NCBI GenBank assembly: GCA_965263355.1
Contig: CBDHHL010000001.1
Location: forward strand, 1 to 15,427
From: Leptolyngbyaceae cyanobacterium
GTDB lineage: Bacteria > Cyanobacteriota > Cyanobacteriia > Phormidesmidales > Phormidesmidaceae
DNA: 15,427 nucleotides
Reading direction: 5' to 3'
Program-made: the position numbers and the translations under genes
Notes under the pieces: generated by a model
Seen by the model: only the letters and a program-made list of their open reading frames with translations
Database searches by the model: none
What the model was told of the DNA's origin: nothing
Shown: piece after piece, positions 8,793-15,427 of the stretch
Layout: every line of letters starts with the position of its first letter
How positions within the stretch are numbered: the stretch's first letter is position 1

Positions 8793-11700
8793 TTACTCTT
8801 CTCGATCACTTTCATTGTTTCTGCTAACAAGCTGTCCAATTGAAACATTGCGAAATCCGTTTTTAGTTCTAGTCACTGTGAACCATCCTGCTGGATCAAC
8901 CGCAGGTGGTTTTCTGGCCGCAGGTGGCTTTCTAGCCGCAGGTGGCTTCTGGAAACGAGGTGGAATGGACTCACAGTAAGAGCCTTTCCTTGGGACCCTC
9001 ATCCTCGTTGTCGCTTGGGCCCGCTGGGAAGTACCCAAGGAAGTGGTGCCTTGGGGTAGGCGAGGCCAAGTTCTGGGTGAAAGTGGTCTCCTCGACTGGG
9101 TCCAAGACGACGCTTCCCTCACGTGGGGTGGAGGTGAACTTTGGGCCGGACTTGGGGTAGACTTTGGCACGAAGCTCATGGAGCTCCTTGAGAATCTCCT
9201 GCATTGAGAGGGATTCAGCGGCTGCGGGCGTGACTGGTCGAATCGGGGCTGGCTCAAGTGGGGCACTGAACTGTCCTGGCTGGGGATGTTGAATGTGACC
9301 CTCGCTGGTGACGTCTTCAAAGCGGTCGTTGTCCCACTGTCTGGCGCGCTGATGTCTGAAGAAGTAGGAGTCAATGGGGTTACCAATGGCGACGTGGCCC
9401 GACTCCCTTGCTGCGCGCTGGTGTTGTTTTGCCCTCCAGTATGAGTGGGGGTACCTGTGCTGGGTTTTAACCTTATCGTTGAACAGGTACCTGCGGAACC
9501 ACAGTGCCAGGAAGAAGAAGATCGCTCCGAGGACCAGGTACGCCGAGCCGCCTCGGAAGTCAAAGAGTTCATAGTCTGACTTGTTCTGGGATCGGTCCTG
9601 GAAGCGCTGGTTCCTGGTGGAGTAGTCGTTTGTTGAGTCAATGAAGCCCATGTTGAAGTCTCAGATGCTTGTCTATGTCTGTAAGTAGGAGATACACGTA
9701 AGTGGTCAACACTACGAATTGAGTATTTCCCAGTACTGCTATCACAAATGAGATAAGACTTGGCAGAGTCTCTCACTTCTACTACTGCAGCTTCAGAGTC
9801 CCACAAGAGAGTATGAGGATCTTGTACGAAGACCGACTGTCCAATGTGGAATGGCTCTCTTGGGACCTGTGACCCGTTCTTATACTCAACACCGCGTTGC
9901 CTTTCCTTTGTCCTGGCCTCGAGGCCGGCCTTTTGCGTGCCCTCGGAAATGCAGAGGGCCTGAGGAGCAACAGGTAAAAATTGCTCTTTGTGCCTTCTGC
10001 CAAACATCAGCATATTTGGGCTATATCCATCGGCACGAGGTGTATTAAGCAAGGCAGCGAGTTCCTGGTGATATTGCTGACCAAAGGAACCGACCTTTTT
10101 CAACAAATGTTTCGCCTGTTTGACGGTGGATTCTGCCAATGAATTGCTAGTAGGGTTATAGGCAGAGGAAAGCTCGTGTTTAATGTTGCGTTCCTGGCAA
10201 AAATTGCTGAATTGAGAACGGAATTGTGGGCCCCCATCTGATCTGATTACTAAGGGGAAACCGAAGGTGAGGAACCACTTGCATAATTTGGATATTACGG
10301 CCTTTGTTGTTAAGCTGCGTAATTGGTCGACAAAGAAATAGCCGGAAAATCGACATGCGCACACCAAATATGTGCTTCCTTTTTCTGAAAATAAATCTAC
10401 TCCCACGTGTGACATAGGAGAAAGGGCTGACTCAGAAGACATGTGATGTTTGGGTTTTGACGCCTTGAGTAAATTGCATTCGTTGCAACTTTTTACTTTT
10501 GCTTCAATGTCTCTGATCATGTCTGGCCAAAAATACAGTTCACTGCCTCGTTTTTGCATACGTACTAAACCTGGGTGTCCCTCGTGCAATAAATCAATAA
10601 TTGACGAGCGAGCCGCAATAGGTACCAAAATGCGGAGACCATCGACAACTGCAATTTTTGTCTCACCGGAAAGTAAAATAGACATCCTGTCCCATTGTTT
10701 CTTGAATTCAAATGCGGGGTGACTGTGATCTTCGCAAATGTCGAAGGCAGGGTCTTGCAGAGCGTCAGTGATGAGTTTGTATTTTCGATCTGCTGTGATG
10801 GTGTCAATCAATGTAGAGCAGGGTGTGAAGACCTGGATTTTCCTACAAATATATGTATGGGCATTTTCAATGTCGTCATCACTAGCTTCCGGATTGAAGA
10901 CGGGGTATCTGCTTAGAGCGTCTGCAATAAAGTGAGTTTTGCCTTCACGCCATTCGATACGAAAGTTGAAACCCAAAGTTTTCATTCGTATACGCTGTAG
11001 TCGGGGATTCGTGATATCGCCTAAATCCTTGTCCCATATGCCTAGTAGTGGTTTGTGATCGCTGACGACGACAAACTCGGGCGCCCCCTTGAGGTAAAAC
11101 TGGCATTTCTTGAGTGCATATGCGATTCCCAAGGCCTCCAATTCTATTACGGCATATCGGCTTTGTGTGTCGGTTAAGGAACAGCTGCCGCAATGAATTA
11201 AGCGTAATTTCCCGGTTTGTTCATATTGTATCAATGCAAAACCGAGGCCATACAATTTGCTTGCATCGGTCAGCAGCTCAGTGCGTAGCCCTATATCAAA
11301 CGGCTGAACAAGCAAATCCGAAGTCAATAATTGCTTTGTTTTTATGAATTCCTTTTCCTGAACCTCTGACCAAACAAAGGCATTCTTTTTCTTTAATAGG
11401 CCTTTGATGTGATGCGTATTCTGGGCAAGGTCGGGAAGGAAGGCGCCTAATTGATTACATAGCCCTAAAAATGACTTAATGTCGGTTGTATTTTTAGGGG
11501 TTGGGAAGTCTGTGATTGAAGCGAGTCGCTTTGGATCTGGTTTTATCCCTTTACCAGAAATTTCGTATCCGACGAAGTTGATCTTGGGCCCAATGTCAAA
11601 TTTCTTTTTCGAGATTGTGATCCCAATTTCGCGACATTTGAGTAAAATGCGACGTGCTGACTCGACTGTTTCGGCAAGGGACGGACCTTGTGTCATGACA

Positions 11701-14375
11701 TCATCGACCATTTTTATCGCCTGGGGCTCATGAAATGTAATTGGGTCTGAGCTAATGCCCCAATAATCGCCGGCGCAATTCATGCCCTGAGGGTTGCGAT
11801 TATATCTGAATTTTCCCTGAGGCAAAAGAAACGTCGATTTGTCCCTGTCTTCCTCGGCTAATTCCATTTGATAGTAACCGTGTACTGCATCCATTTTGAT
11901 AAAAAATAAAGAATCGGGTCGTACTCTGTCAGCGACCTCTTGAGCTGATGGAAATGGATGAACAGGCCTTTTGATAAAGCCATTGATGTAGGAGAAGTCT
12001 GTTACTAAGCGCACCCCCCCGTTTGGTTTTTCAACGAAAAATGCAGGACTAATCCAATCAGTGCAGTGGTTGACTGGGCTGATTATTTTTCGGCTAATTA
12101 AATCATCGAGTAATTGTTTTGCTGCTTTTTCCTGGTGTACTGGTACCCGTCTAGCTACCGAGCATTTTCTGGGTTTTAATTTAATATCATCGCGAAATTC
12201 AATTTTCATAGGCCCACCTTTGATTGGGGTTTCGCTGATCTCGTCGCTGATTACATCAGCAAATTCTTCGAAAAGACGCAATTTTGCTTGGAGGCACTGC
12301 TCCTCAATGCTAGTTGAATCGCATGCAGGCTCTGTGATTGACCTTGCAATGTAAGCTCTGTCAAATTTTAAGGCCTGAAAATCGCTGACGTCGCTGTTTG
12401 GCCAGTTGAATGGCAAAACTCCTAGCCTTTTCAAGTCGGGGTATGAAACGATAATTTCGTCGTGTGTGTCAGCGCATACCGTAAATTCCACAATCTTTTT
12501 GCCGGTTTTCTGCTTCAAAGTCAATTCGCAACGTACTATTCCCGTGCAACGCATTCTTTCGCCTGTTACACTAAACATAGGCCTAGGCCTTTTGTGCTGT
12601 ACAAACACAAATCCCCATGAAATTGCAAGGTTTTCGGAAATTACTGATCCAGTTGCACCGGTGTCCAAAATACAAAGCCAATTTACGGTTTTCTTTCCCT
12701 CAATTACGAAAGACCCATACAAAGTCGGCGTCCTCTCGTCGGGCTGGTGATAAATGCGAATTCTGTGAGCGTTACCTGATGCCAAAATCTGTGCATAAGT
12801 CCAATCATCAATGTCAACTTCACCCTCATTTCCGCTTTCGTTCTCGACCTCCTGGGCCCAGTCTGTCTCTTCAAACTCCTGGCCCTCATAGGTGTAGCGA
12901 CGGATTCTTCCTGTCCTGTCGTTTTGCTCATGTCGGGGAGGTTCTTGCTCCTCTTCTTGACGTTCTGTCCTTCTGGTCTTGTTGACCTTCCTCTTGCATA
13001 CAGGGTGCTTTGAGCCGTGACCCTGCTGCCCACAACCGTGACAAGTCCAGTCTTTAAATGGACATTCACGTTTGATGTGGTTGTCGAGACCGCATCCATG
13101 GCATTTAACCATCTTTTGTCTTTCCCGGCCTGGGCTTTTCGACTTTTGCCTTTGGAATTCTCTTCTCTCACGGCCGTCGCGGTCTCCCCCACGGTCCCTG
13201 CCGTGGCTAGTGCGCATTGTGCGCTCTTGTCTGGGTTGTGACCCTCGCATATTTTCAAAATATGCATCGATGAGGGTGTCGATATCCTTCAAGGGCTTTC
13301 CCATAATGGTGAGCAAGTGCTGCTTCAGCGCATTATCGTTTATGCAGGTGTGGTATTTGTACACATAGCATTCTTCCTCAGTTAGCTTGTGTAACTCACA
13401 CATATCCCCCACCTCCTTCAATCTGAGGCGGAAGTCTCGGAAATCCTCGCCCTTGTCTGGCCGCATGCTGAAGAATTCCTTCCTCCTGGCAAACAAGGGA
13501 TATAACCTCTTGAATTCAAGGTCAAGGAAGGCCATGCAGCCTCCGGCGCCATATACTCCAATGTCGCCCCTGACGTTTTTGTTTAACAGTTTCTTCAAAT
13601 GGTCATCGAGGCATTTGTTTAGGTTGGCCCTCTGCTCAGGGACCTCTCTCTTGTCCATTTGGTTGACCTGGAAGTATGTCTCAAAATCCCTTTTCCAGGT
13701 GTCAAACTCGGCGGGAGTGTGGTCAGCTGACAGCTTGTCAGGCCTGATGCTGTCATCCACTTTTGATCTCCCAGCTTCCTTTGGGGCGGTGGCGATGGCT
13801 CCTGCCTCGTTCACGGCCTTCATCTTGACGGCGGCGAGATACCTGTTCACCGCGGTCTCCGTCCTGTTGATGTCTGGCTGCGCCTCCTGGAATATGTTAT
13901 CCTTTTGCGCCTCGACATCCTCTCTGACGATTGGGTATGTGGCACCCAACTCGTCCAGTTGACTTTGTACCTTGTCAACTTTCTCCCCCAGTTTCTTGAG
14001 TATCTCCCTGGCCTTGTCCACATCGAACTGGCTGCCTCCACCGCTCTCCAGGCGGGTGCGCACATCCTTGAGTGCGTCCAGCCAGCGGGTGACATGCCCT
14101 TTGTTGGACCTGATGGAGTATCTCAATCTGTCGAAGTTCTTGTAGCTCGTCGAGCCGTCGTCCTTGACCGACTCGATTTTCGACATGTTTGCTGTGGGGT
14201 TTTTACCGTTCTGTGGCTGTGTAGTGCTAGCAGGCGGGATCACCACTGTATCCTGAAGAAGTGCTCTTTCCTCATCTTCATCCACGCTGTGGACTGAGAC
14301 CATAGACGCATCTTCTTCATCCTCCTCTAACGCACGTAACAACGACTGGTTCCACGGTTCATCTTTCTTAGCCAT
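8793..14375 (-). CDS. gag-pol: Gag-Pol polyprotein (1860 aa, single frame)
   Basis: Helical Gag; two zinc knuckles CHGCGLDNHIKREC...CHGCGQQGHGSKHPVC (12996-13103); aspartic protease ILDTGA (DTG at 12657-12665). RT motifs KPNGGVRLVTDF, MDAVHGYYQ, PQG and MVDD (11700-11711). RNase H motifs TDAS (11259-11270), ELEALGI, SDHKPL and ADALSR. Integrase HEGH...CNEC (10476-10586) with the DDE triad in VDLF / SDGGPQF / AESTVK. Ends in a ~290-aa S/T/P/R-rich tail. Confidence 0.97.
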   Translation of the reverse strand: MAKKDEPWNQSLLRALEEDEEDASMVSVHSVDEDEERALLQDTVVIPPASTTQPQNGKNPTANMSKIESVKDDGSTSYKNFDRLRYSIRSNKGHVTRWLDALKDVRTRLESGGGSQFDVDKAREILKKLGEKVDKVQSQLDELGATYPIVREDVEAQKDNIFQEAQPDINRTETAVNRYLAAVKMKAVNEAGAIATAPKEAGRSKVDDSIRPDKLSADHTPAEFDTWKRDFETYFQVNQMDKREVPEQRANLNKCLDDHLKKLLNKNVRGDIGVYGAGGCMAFLDLEFKRLYPLFARRKEFFSMRPDKGEDFRDFRLRLKEVGDMCELHKLTEEECYVYKYHTCINDNALKQHLLTIMGKPLKDIDTLIDAYFENMRGSQPRQERTMRTSHGRDRGGDRDGRERREFQRQKSKSPGRERQKMVKCHGCGLDNHIKRECPFKDWTCHGCGQQGHGSKHPVCKRKVNKTRRTERQEEEQEPPRHEQNDRTGRIRRYTYEGQEFEETDWAQEVENESGNEGEVDIDDWTYAQILASGNAHRIRIYHQPDERTPTLYGSFVIEGKKTVNWLCILDTGATGSVISENLAISWGFVFVQHKRPRPMFSVTGERMRCTGIVRCELTLKQKTGKKIVEFTVCADTHDEIIVSYPDLKRLGVLPFNWPNSDVSDFQALKFDRAYIARSITEPACDSTSIEEQCLQAKLRLFEEFADVISDEISETPIKGGPMKIEFRDDIKLKPRKCSVARRVPVHQEKAAKQLLDDLISRKIISPVNHCTDWISPAFFVEKPNGGVRLVTDFSYINGFIKRPVHPFPSAQEVADRVRPDSLFFIKMDAVHGYYQMELAEEDRDKSTFLLPQGKFRYNRNPQGMNCAGDYWGISSDPITFHEPQAIKMVDDVMTQGPSLAETVESARRILLKCREIGITISKKKFDIGPKINFVGYEISGKGIKPDPKRLASITDFPTPKNTTDIKSFLGLCNQLGAFLPDLAQNTHHIKGLLKKKNAFVWSEVQEKEFIKTKQLLTSDLLVQPFDIGLRTELLTDASKLYGLGFALIQYEQTGKLRLIHCGSCSLTDTQSRYAVIELEALGIAYALKKCQFYLKGAPEFVVVSDHKPLLGIWDKDLGDITNPRLQRIRMKTLGFNFRIEWREGKTHFIADALSRYPVFNPEASDDDIENAHTYICRKIQVFTPCSTLIDTITADRKYKLITDALQDPAFDICEDHSHPAFEFKKQWDRMSILLSGETKIAVVDGLRILVPIAARSSIIDLLHEGHPGLVRMQKRGSELYFWPDMIRDIEAKVKSCNECNLLKASKPKHHMSSESALSPMSHVGVDLFSEKGSTYLVCACRFSGYFFVDQLRSLTTKAVISKLCKWFLTFGFPLVIRSDGGPQFRSQFSNFCQERNIKHELSSAYNPTSNSLAESTVKQAKHLLKKVGSFGQQYHQELAALLNTPRADGYSPNMLMFGRRHKEQFLPVAPQALCISEGTQKAGLEARTKERQRGVEYKNGSQVPREPFHIGQSVFVQDPHTLLWDSEAAVVEVRDSAKSYLICDSSTGKYSIRSVDHLRVSPTYRHRQASETSTWASLTQQTTTPPGTSASRTDPRTSQTMNSLTSEAARRTWSSERSSSSWHCGSAGTCSTIRLKPSTGTPTHTGGQNNTSAQQGSRATSPLVTPLTPTSSDISAPDSGTTTALKTSPARVTFNIPSQDSSVPHLSQPRFDQSRPQPLNPSQCRRFSRSSMSFVPKSTPSPAQSSPPPHVREASSWTQSRRPLSPRTWPRLPQGTTSLGTSQRAQATTRMRVPRKGSYCESIPPRFQKPPAARKPPAARKPPAVDPAGWFTVTRTKNGFRNVSIGQLVSRNNESDREE
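8900..8952. repeat. Three ~18-bp tandem units encoding KPPAAR-KPPAAR-KPPA at the Pol C-terminus
   Basis: CCGCAGGTGGTTTTCTGG / CCGCAGGTGGCTTTCTAG / CCGCAGGTGGCTTCTGG. Confidence 0.9.
8971..9651 (-). CDS. Nested ORF2: 226-aa single-pass membrane protein with FAST-like architecture, in the env position
   Basis: Start context CAACATGG. 48 of the first 60 codons end in G/C. It has an MGFIDS myristoylation consensus, an NKS sequon at 23-25, a hydrophobic helix AYLVLGAIFFFLALWF (aa 37-52, nt 9496-9543), 9 K/R in aa 53-82, a Pro-rich stretch and an amphipathic helix SMQEILKELHELRAK. The function is inferred. Confidence 0.75.
   Translation of the reverse strand: MGFIDSTNDYSTRNQRFQDRSQNKSDYELFDFRGGSAYLVLGAIFFFLALWFRRYLFNDKVKTQHRYPHSYWRAKQHQRAARESGHVAIGNPIDSYFFRHQRARQWDNDRFEDVTSEGHIQHPQPGQFSAPLEPAPIRPVTPAAAESLSMQEILKELHELRAKVYPKSGPKFTSTPREGSVVLDPVEETTFTQNLASPTPRHHFLGYFPAGPSDNEDEGPKERLLL
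9679..9694 (-). promoter_or_regulatory. Candidate 3' splice acceptor for a subgenomic ORF2 mRNA
   Basis: TATCTCCTACTTACAG| (pyrimidine tract plus CAG), with branch-like TTGAC/CTTAC upstream. It ends 27 nt before the ORF2 ATG and there is no intervening ATG. Confidence 0.5.
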
Positions 14376-14400
14376 AGTAGGCGCCTAATGGGGCCTCCAT
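14368..14400 (-). other. uORF (MEAPLGAYYG*) overlapping the first gag ATG out of frame
   Basis: CCACC ATG GAG GCC CCA TTA GGC GCC TAC TAT GGC TAA. The Kozak context is optimal and the stop falls just past the ATG at 14375. Confidence 0.5.
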
Positions 14401-14474
14401 GGTGGAACTTTAAAAGTTTTCACACTTCACTAATGCTCAAAAATTTTCACAAGTTTTGCGTATTAGTTCACTTT

Positions 14475-14485
14475 CGACTGCGCCA
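14475..14485 (-). other. Primer binding site, tRNA-Ser type
   Basis: TGGCGCAGTCG is complementary to the ...CGACTGCG-CCA 3' end of arthropod tRNA-Ser. As I recall, Drosophila 17.6/297 use the same PBS type. Confidence 0.85.
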
Positions 14486-14573
14486 TCGTACATACGCAGT
14501 AAAGGTAGACTAGCTCTTATCTGTATCGCGTTCAGAGAGCAACTGATTGCTCGTTTATTACAGAGAAGGCGCA
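14486..14573 (-). repeat. 5' LTR (lacks the first 9 nt present in the 3' LTR)
   Basis: 78-bp core identical to 8515-8592, followed by GTATGTACGA and then the PBS. Confidence 0.9.
14512..14559 (-). promoter_or_regulatory. LTR core signals: AATAAA followed by an Inr (TCAGTT) in a small hairpin
   Basis: Minus strand AATAAAC-GAGCAA-TCAG-TTGCTC. The Inr A(+1) is at 14544, with G at +24 and AGAGC at +28 to +32 (an imperfect DPE match). Confidence 0.5.
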
Positions 14574-15427
14574 GCCAGTTTTGTGTGATAGAAAAATGTG
14601 TCTCTTTTTACTGCACCGCCGGATATTTGTAAAGGGAAAACAAGTGTCCCTAAAATGTTATCTTCATTAAATTTAATTGAAAGAGTCTTGTCTTTTATGG
14701 CTCTTAGTATTCAAAACAAGACACGCACTTGTTCTCTTAAACTGCATTCAAATTAGGTTACTTTCTTGAAGTTGCAACTATTTTTTATTTGCTTGGATTA
14801 CGCAGAAAATAATTCAATTTGTTTGTTTACTTAAAGGAAAAATATTTCCAGAAATGTTCTAGATAGTAGTGTGTTTGTTTGGGACCGTCCTCTCAGATAA
14901 AAAGATTGACAAGTCATTTCATGAATTTGTCACTTTTTGACAAGGGAGGGATTTAAACAGTACTAACACGAAAGTGAAATTTGTTTGCATTGGGGGTGAT
15001 TAACACTTCACTTCGTGAAAATCTAATTTGACTTTTTATTTGAATTTCAAGAATGGTCCAGTCAAAAATAGTAATTAACTTCCAAATTTGCAACCCTTCT
15101 GTACCCCTTGTCAGAATGAAAATTGACATGATAACTGGTTCAAACTCTATGCGTAGAGAAATGTTTATTACTTTTCTATCATAAATGTGATTATATGATT
15201 TCATTTGTTAGGCATCAAAATGAAGTTAGCCTTCTCATTTCCTTTACTGCTGGTGATTTTCAATTGTTAATACTGGAGCAGCCAGTTATTACAATGTTGA
15301 TGACTTGGAAGAGATGAGTCATCGCATCAGCTGATCGTCAGGTGCTCTGCTGAGCTAGTTGAAGAAAAAAGAGGTCAGTGTTGTCTGCAGGTATAAATGT
15401 TTGGCCTCTAATTCAACCACTTGTAGG

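Larger units (their letters stand above)
8515..14573 (-). mobile_element. Full-length Ty3/Gypsy (Metaviridae) LTR retrotransposon, Mag-like, about 6.06 kb
   Basis: Identical 78-bp direct repeats (8515-8592 and 14496-14573), a PBS, a PPT and an uninterrupted ORF with domain order Gag-PR-RT-RH-IN. Very short LTRs, tandem CCHC knuckles and xVDD in place of YxDD suggest the Mag group (inference). Confidence 0.95.

Noticed and set aside
8387..8848. 153-aa minus-strand ORF
   Set aside because: It crosses the 3' UTR, PPT, LTR and host flank, so it cannot be a coherent gene.
12704..13267. 187-aa same-strand alternative-frame ORF over the nucleocapsid/PR junction
   Set aside because: Explained by purine-rich gag sequence. 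Unlike ORF2 it has no strong Kozak context, TM helix or recognisable motif.
13387..13962. 191-aa antisense ORF (and other plus-strand ORFs within gag-pol)
   Set aside because: Antisense shadow of biased gag/pol codons, with a non-ATG start and no domain features.
8515..14573. Reading the trimmed ends as a retro-copied RNA (R-U5...U3-R)
   Set aside because: There is no poly(A) tail, and the AATAAA and Inr positions imply a short internal R rather than a 78-nt R.
15241..15290. 10-nt matches to the LTR end (CCTTTACTGC) and to the right junction (GCAGCCAGTT)
   Set aside because: Short, in inconsistent orientation and not extendable; probably chance.

Overview
Eukaryotic genomic DNA, most likely arthropod; the species cannot be determined from the sequence. 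Positions 1-802 (minus strand) hold the 5' coding part of a homeobox-type transcription factor whose IISDNGLQYANLD motif points to the Hox1 gene labial. It runs off the window edge. Positions ~803-8514 are non-coding upstream DNA with a MITE-like element and a few candidate regulatory motifs. Positions 8515-14573 (minus strand) are an intact, apparently young Ty3/Gypsy LTR retrotransposon resembling the Mag group. It has identical 78-bp terminal repeats, a tRNA-Ser PBS, a PPT and one 1860-aa Gag-PR-RT-RNaseH-IN ORF. The best novelty candidate is a second 226-aa ORF (8971-9651) nested in another frame of the pol 3' tail. It has a strong Kozak context, an upstream splice acceptor and strong GC3 bias. 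Its layout (myristoylation motif, short ectodomain, one TM helix, polybasic tail, amphipathic helix) resembles FAST cell-fusion proteins and sits where env would be. The element's ends are also non-canonical: both outer LTR tips are missing 9-10 nt, and the junctions share GCA(G) microhomology.
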